Source: an uncultured bacterium (GTDB lineage: Bacteria; Patescibacteriota; Minisyncoccia; Phycocordibacterales; CAIJYI01). Taken from it: 64,000 nucleotides of DNA. The notes under the pieces are model-generated. The model saw only the letters and a program-made list of their open reading frames with translations. It ran no database searches and was not told the DNA's origin. The DNA lies in contig CAIJYI010000043.1 of the NCBI GenBank assembly GCA_903824855.1, forward strand, positions 177-64,176, written 5' to 3'. The position numbers and the translations under genes were made by a program. Positions 52,533-61,450 of this stretch are shown here, piece after piece (position 1 is the first letter of the stretch; each line of letters begins with the position of its first letter).

Positions 52533-52979
52533 TTGACATTAGATAAAACAATTAATAATGTAAAAAAATATATGAAAGACGAAGAATTATATGATTCATT
52601 CACTAAAGAAGAAATGGAAGAACTTTCCGACGAAGCGAAAGAACGTTGGGGACATACAACTGCCTACAAAGAATCGGAGCAAAAAATGCGAAGAATGACC
52701 AAAGAGCAAATGGACGTGATTAAAAAAGAAGGCGACGATATACTGAAGAAAGGGGTATCTCTAATAGAGAAGAATATACACAGCAAAGAAGTTCAGGATT
52801 TAATTGCGGAACACTATAAACATCTTTCAAACTTCTATACTCCAAATACTGAAATGTATAAAGGGTTGGCGGAAATGTATATAGGCGATTCAAGATTTAG
52901 AGAACATTTTGAGAAGTACCATCCAAAACTTCCACAATTTATGCACGATGCAATGATTGCATTTGTTGAAAATAAATAA
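52533..52979 (+). CDS. standalone TipAS (antibiotic-recognition) domain protein
   Basis: the C-terminal domain of TipA/Mta-type regulators without the MerR HTH; ...YIGDSRFREHFEKYHP... Confidence 0.65.
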   Translation: MTLDKTINNVKKYMKDEELYDSFTKEEMEELSDEAKERWGHTTAYKESEQKMRRMTKEQMDVIKKEGDDILKKGVSLIEKNIHSKEVQDLIAEHYKHLSNFYTPNTEMYKGLAEMYIGDSRFREHFEKYHPKLPQFMHDAMIAFVENK

Positions 52980-53079
52980 TATTAAGAAAAAACACACGAC
53001 CAATTCGTGTGTTCATATTTAGCAGAATTGCCACTGATATACAAAAAAATGATACAACATATGTACCATTTTTTGATTT

Positions 53080-53167
53080 TGGCGGAGGGTATGAGATTCG
53101 AACTCATGAGAGGTTTCCCCCTACTCGCTTTCCAAGCGAGCGCACTCGACCACTATGCGAACCCTCC
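53080..53167 (-). tRNA. tRNA-Ser (anticodon GGA), class II with a long variable arm, CCA encoded
   Basis: minus strand: GGAGGGU-UC-...-CUCGC-UUGGAAA-GCGAG-var arm-AUGAG-UUCGAAU-CUCAU-ACCCUCC-G-CCA; TTGATT-16-TATAGT promoter upstream. Confidence 0.8.
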
Positions 53168-53281
53168 AAGGTTTGCAAATGTTTCTTTTACTATATCAGA
53201 AAGCAAAGAAAAATCAAAATTTTTTAGCGATCATCCATTCGCGCTATTGCGCCCGCTCGTGTCGTTTGCCATCTTTAATGA

Positions 53282-53464
53282 GCCGTTTCGTCCTTTTCCC
53301 GGGTTATGCGGTGCGCCCTCCTTACAGGAGCAGTACACCTTTTCAATATTTTGTTTCGCTCACCGGTCACAAAATATTAGAAGAAGGACTTGCGGAATGG
53401 GTCCCAACCCATTCCTCACCTATCCTTCGGCGCGCCGCCGAAAAAGGGAAAAGGACGAAACGGC
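53282..53464. repeat. element with a perfect 19-bp terminal inverted repeat (copy B, 183 bp), just upstream of the rplJ promoter
   Basis: gccgtttcgtccttttccc ... gggaaaaggacgaaacggc; shares gggttatg and ttcggcg-loop-cgccgaa-aaaaa with copy A; a compensatory t/c - a/g change keeps the pairing. Confidence 0.65.
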
Positions 53465-53475
53465 GAACGGCCCTC

Positions 53476-53503
53476 TTGACTTTTGTTTTAAAAGCCGTAA
53501 TAT
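53476..53503 (+). promoter_or_regulatory. candidate rplJ-rplL promoter TTGACT-N16-TAATAT
   Basis: hexamers directly after the right IR of element B. Confidence 0.45.
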
Positions 53504-53626
53504 AGTAACCAAGCCGCGAAGACAAGAGGCATCCATAAGCCCTCTCGAGCAGGTCGATCTTCGGTTGTTTGGGTTAATACCCTTACATTAATGCACGGCT
53601 TTTAGCCGTTTTTTGTTTGTTATACT

Positions 53627-54118
53627 ATGGCAATAAATAAAGCGAAGAAATCGGAAATCTACTCACACCTTAAAGAAATCGTAAAAGGGAAGGGATCACA
53701 TGTTTTTGTGAACTTTCACGGATTAACGGTTTCGGAAGCGACCAATATTAGGCGCACACTCCGACAGGAAGGGGTTGGATATTTCGTATCAAAAAAGACA
53801 CTCGCAAAGAAAGCATTTGTTGAATCCGGAATCACAGGAGAATTTCCTGAATTATCGGGAGAACTTGCTATCGCTTACGGAGAGGACGCTATTGCTCCCG
53901 CAAGAGAGGTCTTAAAATTCCAAAAAACACTGAAAGACAAAGTTACAATTCTTGGTGGAGTTTTTGAAAATCATTTCACCACAGCAGAAGAGATGAAGGT
54001 CATCGCTTCCATACCATCACAACAAGTTTTGTATGGACAGTTCGTCAACCTTATCAATTCTCCTATTCAACGATTTGTCACCGTACTCGATCAGATAGCA
54101 GAAAAGAAAAGTGCGTAA
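53627..54118 (+). CDS. rplJ: 50S ribosomal protein L10
   Basis: L10 family; precedes rplL. Confidence 0.9.
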   Translation: MAINKAKKSEIYSHLKEIVKGKGSHVFVNFHGLTVSEATNIRRTLRQEGVGYFVSKKTLAKKAFVESGITGEFPELSGELAIAYGEDAIAPAREVLKFQKTLKDKVTILGGVFENHFTTAEEMKVIASIPSQQVLYGQFVNLINSPIQRFVTVLDQIAEKKSA

Positions 54119-54145
54119 AATTAGAAATTTAATTTAAAAATTACT

Positions 54146-54538
54146 ATGGAAGAAGAAAAAGTAGAAGTACCGGCGAAATTCAAAGATCTCGTCGAGAAAA
54201 TTGAAACAATGAGCGTTCTCGAATTACACGAGCTCGTCAAATTACTTGAAAAGAAATTCGGAGTTTCCGCAGCCGCTGTTGCTGTTGCCGGAGCTGCCGG
54301 CCCAGCCGCTGCCGCTGAAGATGAAAAGAGTTCTTTCAATCTTGAGCTTACCGCCGCAGGAGAAGCTAAAATTGCGGTTATCAAAGTTATCAAGGAGGTC
54401 TTGGGTCTCGGTTTGAAAGAGGCAAAAGATATGGTTGAAGCCGCTCCTACAATGGTAAAGGAAGGTTTGAAAAAAGAAGAAGCAGAATCTATAAAGAAAA
54501 AATTGGAAGAAGCCGGAGCAAAGGTTACTCTCAAATAA
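54146..54538 (+). CDS. rplL: 50S ribosomal protein L7/L12
   Basis: Ala-rich hinge [21 protein letters not shown]-terminal [19 protein letters not shown]. Confidence 0.95.
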   Translation: MEEEKVEVPAKFKDLVEKIETMSVLELHELVKLLEKKFGVSAAAVAVAGAAGPAAAAEDEKSSFNLELTAAGEAKIAVIKVIKEVLGLGLKEAKDMVEAAPTMVKEGLKKEEAESIKKKLEEAGAKVTLK

Positions 54539-54551
54539 TAAAAAATTACAA

Positions 54552-54585
54552 GAAAAAAGCCCGACATTTGTCGGGCTTTTTTCTT
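54552..54585. terminator. bidirectional terminator
   Basis: aaaaaagcccgacatttgtcgggctttttt. Confidence 0.6.
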
Positions 54586-55638
54586 TTATAATCTTACGAG
54601 TCCTTTTCCGGAGAGACCTAATATTTTTTCCCTCTCAAATTTATCCACAATTCCGATATTTATGTTTTGTTGGATATTTATATATTCACTATATTCCGGA
54701 GAAAGGATTGAATAGGCAATCTCAAATTCAAATGCTTTTTCGCCAAAATTTTTAAAATATACATTGTTGAGATTGGTGCCGTCTTCCTTCAATATAATGT
54801 CACTGATAATTTTTGGAATTTCACGAAGTTTTTTTGCCGGAGTTTCAGGTGAGATTGAAATAGTAAATGTAACTTTTCTTTCCGGCATCATTTTGAAATT
54901 TTGGATGCGGGTCGCGGTGAGTTCTTTGTTGGAGATAATAAGTTCTTCGCCTTGCAATCCACGAAGGCGAGTAGTTTTAAGACCAATTTTTTCGACTGTT
55001 CCGGTATTGTTGTTAGTTACGGGAAGATTTCCAAAAGTAATTAAATCTCCAATCTTGAACGGTTTATCAAAATAAATTGAGAGGGAACTGAAAAGATCTC
55101 CGAGGATATTTTGCGCGGCGAGAGCGACGGCGATGCCTCCGATTCCGAGTCCTGTTGCGAGAGCCGTCACGTTTATTCCCAAACTCGATAATGCCATAAG
55201 AACACCGATAATCCAGAGAGTTGCGCTAATCCCCATATTTACCAAATGGATAGCGGCGGTATCAATTTCTTCATCTGATGCTGTTTTTCTGTTGAGTATT
55301 TTTTGGTCAATTATTGTTTCTGTGATGAGGATAAGATGATACGCAGACCACATGATTATGGTCGCCGTAAATGCTTTTTCTACAAGAGTATGGAGAAGTA
55401 AAGTTCGTGAAGCAATATAAGCGGAAAAAAAAGCTATAAATGAGAATTGAAATTTTTCGGCGAGAAGATATAAAATATTTTCACGATTCTCCCAATTGCT
55501 TTTTAATATGGAATTTTTTGTCGTTTGAAGAGCAAAAAAAACGATGAGGAAAACAATAAGAGAGATAAGATAACCAAAAACGGTATTTTCAAATAATGAC
55601 GTTTCCCAAATTGGGTGTAGAATTATTGATTCAAGCAT
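54586..55638 (-). CDS. small-conductance mechanosensitive channel (MscS family)
   Basis: TM3-like GLGIGGIAVALAAQNILGDLFSSLSIYFDKPFKIGDLI. Confidence 0.8.
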   Translation of the reverse strand: MLESIILHPIWETSLFENTVFGYLISLIVFLIVFFALQTTKNSILKSNWENRENILYLLAEKFQFSFIAFFSAYIASRTLLLHTLVEKAFTATIIMWSAYHLILITETIIDQKILNRKTASDEEIDTAAIHLVNMGISATLWIIGVLMALSSLGINVTALATGLGIGGIAVALAAQNILGDLFSSLSIYFDKPFKIGDLITFGNLPVTNNNTGTVEKIGLKTTRLRGLQGEELIISNKELTATRIQNFKMMPERKVTFTISISPETPAKKLREIPKIISDIILKEDGTNLNNVYFKNFGEKAFEFEIAYSILSPEYSEYINIQQNINIGIVDKFEREKILGLSGKGLVRL

Positions 55639-55752
55639 AAAAAATTTTATTAACTACCTCCTCATTATTTATGTTTTTCGTGAAATTGTAAACAGGAGGT
55701 GTGCATTACTTTTCTTTAAAAATTTTTTTTTTGATATATAATATAATGATAG

Positions 55753-57603
55753 ATGGAACCATTAACAACAAACTCGGATTTGAATCGCACGGGAATACCC
55801 AGAGATCCGATTATTGAACACGCAGAAGAAGTTGCGAATGCTGATTTGCAGAAAGCGTGGAGGATTTTTCCTTACGCTGTTTTTTTGCTGTTACTCTCCG
55901 GTTTGTTTTCCACATGGAAATATCTTGCTTCGTATTTTAATTTGAATCCGGTTTCGTTAGCGATGATTATTGCGGTATTTTTTGGCATAATTTTTGCTGT
56001 ATATATTAGCTCGCTTCTTATTGTTCTTATTCGTTCTTATTTAGATATACTTAAAACGAGTAGAACTCTCTATTATCAGAATCAAATGTTTTCCCTTATT
56101 GTTGAGGGTGGGAAAGATGCTATTTGGGATTGGGATATGGAGAAGAACAAAATATATTTTTCCCCACAATGGAATAAGATGTTTGGAAATCGTAATTCCA
56201 TAATGTCAGAGGATCCGAACGAGTGGCTTAAACTTATTCATCCTGACGATCAGGCTTCATTTCAACAAAGTCTTAACCTTCACCTTGAAAAGAGAGACCC
56301 AATTTTTCATTCTGAGCATCGTATTCGTACAATAAGCGGAGATTATCGATGGGTTCTTGATCGGGGTCACGCCCTCTGGAATAAAGACAATAAAGTTACA
56401 AGGATTTCCGGTTCTACCTCTGATATTTCAAATTCAAAAGAAGTAGAAAACGTATTAAAAGGGAAGACTGAAGAGCTCGAGCGTGCGAATGATATTGTTA
56501 AACAAGAAAAGGTTAAATATGAGGCGCTTCTCACGAGTATCGGTGACGGAATGATTGCAGTGAATCAAGATGGACACGTTATCGTAATGAATCCTCAAGC
56601 GAGTAAAATGCTCGGGAAAGAGATTTCCGATTCAGTTGGTCATTTTTTCACGGAAGTAATAGCTCTAGAGCAAAATGAAAAAGAAGAGCAACTTGTTCTT
56701 GGCGATAGGCCAATCATGCAAACCCTCGTTCAAGGTATTCGTGTGAAAACCGTTTCCTATTTGTTTCGAATTGACGGGACGAAATTCCCGGCATCGGTTA
56801 CCTCTGCGCCGATTTTTCTCGACAATCGCCTTATAGGAGCTATTATTGTTTTTCGCGATATTACTCACGAAAAAGATGTCGATAAAAGTAAAACGGAATT
56901 CGTTTCTCTTGCTTCTCATCAACTGCGCACGCCTCTCTCCGCCATCAGATGGTATTCAGAAATGCTTATTTCCGAAAAACTTGGAACCGTTAATGAGCAA
57001 CAAAAAAGTTATTTGACCGAGATATACAATAGTGATAGGCACATGATTGAGTTAGTAAATTCGCTCCTCAATGTTTCAAGAATCGACATGGGAACTTTTG
57101 CTATTGAACCGGTCCCGACAGATTTCCGAGAAGTTGCAGAAAGCGTACTCAAAGAATTGTTCGTTAAGATTCAGGAAAACGATATGCATGTCAGTGCATC
57201 GTATGATGATTCGATTCCAAAAATAAATGCTGATCCGAAATTAGTGAGAATTGTATTCCAAAATCTTCTTTCGAACGCGATTAAATACACAAAGAAAGGC
57301 GGGGACGTTTCTCTTTCTCTCACAAAGGATGCAACCAATCTGCAGATAAAAGTTACCGACAACGGGGTAGGTATTCCCGAGAAGGTTCAGGAAAAGATTT
57401 TCACCAAACTCTTCCGCGCCGACAATGCTCGTCTTGTAGAATCGGAAGGAACAGGACTTGGACTCTATATATTGAAATCCATCGTTGAAAAAGGAGGCGG
57501 AAAAATATGGTTTGAATCTGTTGAAAACAAAGGGACCACTTTTTACCTCACCATGCCGTTAGCGGGAATGCAAGCCGTTTCCGGAGCGAAAGACTTGGCG
57601 TAA
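55753..57603 (+). CDS. PAS-domain sensor histidine kinase
   Basis: N-terminal TMs, PAS repeats, H-box SHQLRTPLSAIRWYSEML, G-box GTGLGLYILKSIVE. Confidence 0.85.
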   Translation: MEPLTTNSDLNRTGIPRDPIIEHAEEVANADLQKAWRIFPYAVFLLLLSGLFSTWKYLASYFNLNPVSLAMIIAVFFGIIFAVYISSLLIVLIRSYLDILKTSRTLYYQNQMFSLIVEGGKDAIWDWDMEKNKIYFSPQWNKMFGNRNSIMSEDPNEWLKLIHPDDQASFQQSLNLHLEKRDPIFHSEHRIRTISGDYRWVLDRGHALWNKDNKVTRISGSTSDISNSKEVENVLKGKTEELERANDIVKQEKVKYEALLTSIGDGMIAVNQDGHVIVMNPQASKMLGKEISDSVGHFFTEVIALEQNEKEEQLVLGDRPIMQTLVQGIRVKTVSYLFRIDGTKFPASVTSAPIFLDNRLIGAIIVFRDITHEKDVDKSKTEFVSLASHQLRTPLSAIRWYSEMLISEKLGTVNEQQKSYLTEIYNSDRHMIELVNSLLNVSRIDMGTFAIEPVPTDFREVAESVLKELFVKIQENDMHVSASYDDSIPKINADPKLVRIVFQNLLSNAIKYTKKGGDVSLSLTKDATNLQIKVTDNGVGIPEKVQEKIFTKLFRADNARLVESEGTGLGLYILKSIVEKGGGKIWFESVENKGTTFYLTMPLAGMQAVSGAKDLA

Positions 57604-57659
57604 AAAGAATATTCGAGTATACTAGGTAATATCTTTCGCCGATAATTTTAAAAGAATTT

Positions 57660-58046
57660 ATGAACCAAAACAGCAATAAAAAAGTACTCGTAGTAGAAGA
57701 TGATCGAATTTTGCGACGGGTTGTTGTCGACAATCTTAAGGCCGACGGATTTATTGCCATTGAAGCCGAGGATGGTCTTGCAGGTCTTCAAATGGCTCTC
57801 TCTGAACATCCTGACCTCATGCTCGTTGATGTTGTTATGCCTAAGATGGACGGGATTTCTTTGCTTGAGAAATTAAGAGAAGATGCATGGGGCAAAACCG
57901 CACAAGTTATCATGCTAACGAACCTGAGCGATACTGATAAAATTGCTTTTGCGGAAAAGAAAGGTGTGAGTGATTATTTAGTAAAAGCTGACTGGGATAT
58001 TACTTCTATTATCGACAAAGTAAAAGATAAACTAAGAGACAAATAA
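57660..58046 (+). CDS. single-domain response regulator (CheY-like receiver)
   Basis: VLVVEDD...LMLVDVVMPKMDG...; no output domain. Confidence 0.85.
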   Translation: MNQNSNKKVLVVEDDRILRRVVVDNLKADGFIAIEAEDGLAGLQMALSEHPDLMLVDVVMPKMDGISLLEKLREDAWGKTAQVIMLTNLSDTDKIAFAEKKGVSDYLVKADWDITSIIDKVKDKLRDK

Positions 58047-58134
58047 AAAGAAAGGCACCCGGTAAGGGTGCTTTTTTGTTTGTGTAAAAAGTTATTGTTA
58101 TACTTTTTCAAAGTATTTAAAATATGTTATTGTA

Positions 58135-60129
58135 ATGAATATGGAAGATCAAAGTAAAATCACCTATTTTGGTAAGGCGGACTTCCGCAATAAAATGACG
58201 AAGTTCGGCATTAAAGCTATCGACCGAACGCGCCATATGTATGTTATCGGAAAAACCGGAATGGGGAAGTCTACGCTTCTTGAAAATCTCGCTGTTCAGG
58301 ATATTCAAAATGGAAACGGTTGCGCTTTTATTGATCCACACGGTGGCACGGCGGAGTTATTGCTCGATTATGTACCAGAGCATCGCATTAAAGATGTTAT
58401 TTATTTTGCACCATTTGATACCGATTATCCCGTAGCGTTCAATATCATGGAAGATGTCGGAAAAGATAAACGTCATCTTGTCGCGAGTGGTCTCATGAGT
58501 GCATTCAAAAAAATATGGGTGGATGCATGGTCTGCCAGAATGGAATACATTTTGGGTAATACTTTGCTCGCTCTATTGGAGTTTCCCGGTGCGACATTGC
58601 TTGGAGTAAATAGAATGTACTCCGATAAAGATTATCGAAAAAAAGTTGTTGATAATATTACCGACCCTTCCATCAAATCTTTTTGGGTTGATGAATATGC
58701 GAAATATGGCGATCGATATACACAAGAAGCCACACCGGCCATTCAGAATAAAGTCGGACAGTTTGTTTCCAATCCGCTTATCCGAAATATTATCGGGCAA
58801 TCCAAATCCACTTTTGACATTCGCGAGGTGATGGACAGTAAAAAGATTCTCATCATGAATCTTTCGAAAGGAAAAGTTGGTGATCAAAACACCAGTCTTC
58901 TTGGAAGCATGCTTATTACGAAGATATATCTCGCTGCTATGTCGCGCGCAGATGCTTCTGCTGTAGAGATGAAAGAATTGCCTAATTTTTATTTCTTTGT
59001 GGACGAGTTCCAGTCATTTGCCAACGAATCATTTGCAGACATTCTTTCGGAGGCGAGAAAATATAAATTAAATCTCACTATTGCTCATCAGTATATCGAG
59101 CAAATGCCGGAAGAAGTGCGCGCCGCTGTTTTTGGAAACGTCGGTACAATGATTACGTTCCGTGTAGGTTCGTATGATGCCGATGTATTGGAGAAAGAAT
59201 TTTTGCCGGCATTCTCCGCAGAGGATATTGTGAATCTTGATAAATACCAGCTATATCTTCGCTTAATGATAGACGGCGTCGGTTCTCGTCCTTTTTCAGC
59301 TGTCGCTCTTCCTCCGATTTCTCGTGAAGGTACTTCCTATAAACAACAGATTCTAGAAAGTTCCCGACAACTTTTTGCCAAGAAAAGGGAAGATGTAGAG
59401 AAAGAAATTCTTGATTGGCATTTGACTAATTATGCTGATAAGAAGCCTGAGAAGCCCGCTGTAAACGCAGGAACTCCAGCTCCGTTTGAGCAATCGAACC
59501 CGACTTTTACTCCGTCTGCCACTCCGAATTATATTCCATCAAAGCCTCAAAATGCACCATTTACTCCAAAGCCAACAGTAAACCAGACGCCTTATCGTGC
59601 CCCTCAAGAAAGAGCCCCTGCTCGTCCTTATACACCACCTTCGTTTTCAGAAGAACCAAAACCTCAATATCAACAAACAAATAAACCGGCCTTCGTGCCA
59701 CGCACTTCCGCTCAGACCTTTGAACGGCGTGCTCCTGTACAAAATAACGCAAACTCGGAATATGTTCGACAGACAGGACAAGAGAGAAGAAGTACCGAGA
59801 CGAATTCCTTTTCACAAAAGCCGATTATGACTCCGCGTCCTGTGGCTCCGACTCAAACCACACCAGCTACGCCAATCTCTTTATCATCACTGAGAAAGGA
59901 TTCACGAGAAGCTATTGCACCTACTCAAAATAGAAATACTTTGAAGGAAGCATTAATGGCAATCATTCCTCCGAAAGAAAAAGAAGAGGCGCCTATTCCT
60001 AAAAAATCAGTAACTCCACCAATCAAGCCTCCCGAAAAAAAAGAAGAGACCACTCAAACATCAGTTGTTGGACACACCAAGGAAATCCCGGAAGATATTT
60101 TAAGGGGAATACTAAAAGTGGACGAATGA
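58135..60129 (+). CDS. TraD/TraG/VirD4-like (type IV coupling-protein-like) P-loop ATPase with a long Pro/Thr-rich disordered C-terminal region
   Basis: HMYVIGKTGMGKSTLL...AFIDPHGG..., FFVDEFQSF (Walker B-like), IAHQYIEQ; no N-terminal TM; C-terminal about 230 aa low complexity. Confidence 0.5.
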   Translation: MNMEDQSKITYFGKADFRNKMTKFGIKAIDRTRHMYVIGKTGMGKSTLLENLAVQDIQNGNGCAFIDPHGGTAELLLDYVPEHRIKDVIYFAPFDTDYPVAFNIMEDVGKDKRHLVASGLMSAFKKIWVDAWSARMEYILGNTLLALLEFPGATLLGVNRMYSDKDYRKKVVDNITDPSIKSFWVDEYAKYGDRYTQEATPAIQNKVGQFVSNPLIRNIIGQSKSTFDIREVMDSKKILIMNLSKGKVGDQNTSLLGSMLITKIYLAAMSRADASAVEMKELPNFYFFVDEFQSFANESFADILSEARKYKLNLTIAHQYIEQMPEEVRAAVFGNVGTMITFRVGSYDADVLEKEFLPAFSAEDIVNLDKYQLYLRLMIDGVGSRPFSAVALPPISREGTSYKQQILESSRQLFAKKREDVEKEILDWHLTNYADKKPEKPAVNAGTPAPFEQSNPTFTPSATPNYIPSKPQNAPFTPKPTVNQTPYRAPQERAPARPYTPPSFSEEPKPQYQQTNKPAFVPRTSAQTFERRAPVQNNANSEYVRQTGQERRSTETNSFSQKPIMTPRPVAPTQTTPATPISLSSLRKDSREAIAPTQNRNTLKEALMAIIPPKEKEEAPIPKKSVTPPIKPPEKKEETTQTSVVGHTKEIPEDILRGILKVDE

Positions 60130-60163
60130 AAAGAATAGAAAATGGAATATTGAGAATAAAAAA

Positions 60164-60195
60164 AGCCGGTCAAACTGATCGGCTTTTGTTGAATT
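60164..60195 (+). terminator. terminator
   Basis: aagccggtcaaactgatcggctttt. Confidence 0.55.
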
Positions 60196-60314
60196 TTTTT
60201 AAACACACGGAAACCCAAAAAAGAAAAATCAATCTATCATATTTTCTGTACCTGTCAATGTTTGAGCTTAGTTCATTTTCCAGTACAATAGAATAATAAA
60301 GTATAAAGATTTGA

Positions 60315-61445
60315 ATGGAAAAAATAAAATCGAAAAAAATTAAAATACTGATTGCCACACCCCTTTATCCTCCGGAAATTGGTGGCCCTGCAACGTATGT
60401 CAGATTCTTAGAAGAAAATCTTCCGAAGGATCAATTCTCTCTCAGAATTGTTAAATTCAGTGAAGTAAAAAAACTCCCCTATATTATTCGGCATATTGTT
60501 TTTTTCTGGATGGTTTTTAAACGTTCTAAAGGCGGAGATATCATTTATGCGCTTGACCCGCTCGGTGTCGGTCTTCCTTCCGGGCTTGCTGCGAAATTGC
60601 GCGGGAAAAAATTCCTACTTCGCATTTCGGGTGATAGAGCTTGGGAAACGGCCGTTCAAAAATGGAAAATTACCGATTCTCTCGATAATTTTTCAGTGAA
60701 AAAATCATACCCGATATTTTTGCGAATACTAAAATTTGCACAAACTTGCACCGCCAAAATGGCGTGGAAAATAATTGTCCCCGGTAAATATCTGTCGGGA
60801 ATTGTTTCTTCTTGGGGTATTCCTCATGCGAAAATTTTTTCCATCTATAACGCTTTTTCACCCGTTTCCATGAATATCTCAAAAGATGAAATTCGTAAAG
60901 AACTAGGTCTTTCCGGTTTCATCATTGTGAGTGCCGGGCGGTTAGTTCCATGGAAAGGATTTGCAACGCTCATTCAAACTATGCCTGAAATATTAAAGGA
61001 AATACCTGATGCGAAACTCTATATTATCGGAGACGGTCCCGACAAGCAAAAGCTCCGCTCTATCGTTCAATTTTTAAATCTTGAAAAAAGTGTACGATTC
61101 ACCGGCGTGCTTCCTAAATCCGAGCTTCATCGATATATCAAATCCGCAGATGTTTTTGCTCTCAATACATCCTACGAAGGTTTTTCTCACCAGATACTTG
61201 AGGCAATGTCTCTTTCAACTCCGGTTATTACTACTACTTCGGGTGGAAACCCTGAAATGATAGAATCGGGGGTTGGCGGTCTTTTGGTGACACACGATGA
61301 CGCCAGAGCGTTCGCATCATCAATTATTTTGCTTTCTATGAAAAAGGAATATTCAGCAATGCTTGCTCAAAAAGCGAAAGAAAAATCTGAAACATTTAAC
61401 GTTATTAGGGCTGTTTCGGAGTTTATGGAAGTATTACATATATAA
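60315..61445 (+). CDS. glycosyltransferase family 1
   Basis: ...NTSYEGFSHQILEAMSLSTPVITTTSGGNPEMIE... Confidence 0.8.
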   Translation: MEKIKSKKIKILIATPLYPPEIGGPATYVRFLEENLPKDQFSLRIVKFSEVKKLPYIIRHIVFFWMVFKRSKGGDIIYALDPLGVGLPSGLAAKLRGKKFLLRISGDRAWETAVQKWKITDSLDNFSVKKSYPIFLRILKFAQTCTAKMAWKIIVPGKYLSGIVSSWGIPHAKIFSIYNAFSPVSMNISKDEIRKELGLSGFIIVSAGRLVPWKGFATLIQTMPEILKEIPDAKLYIIGDGPDKQKLRSIVQFLNLEKSVRFTGVLPKSELHRYIKSADVFALNTSYEGFSHQILEAMSLSTPVITTTSGGNPEMIESGVGGLLVTHDDARAFASSIILLSMKKEYSAMLAQKAKEKSETFNVIRAVSEFMEVLHI

Positions 61446-61450
61446 ACTTT

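Noticed and set aside
53007-53591. 194-aa and overlapping 116-aa / 72-aa + strand ORFs
   Set aside because: They span the tRNA-Ser gene (antisense), its promoter and the inverted-repeat element. They have no RBS and most likely reflect a noncoding region.
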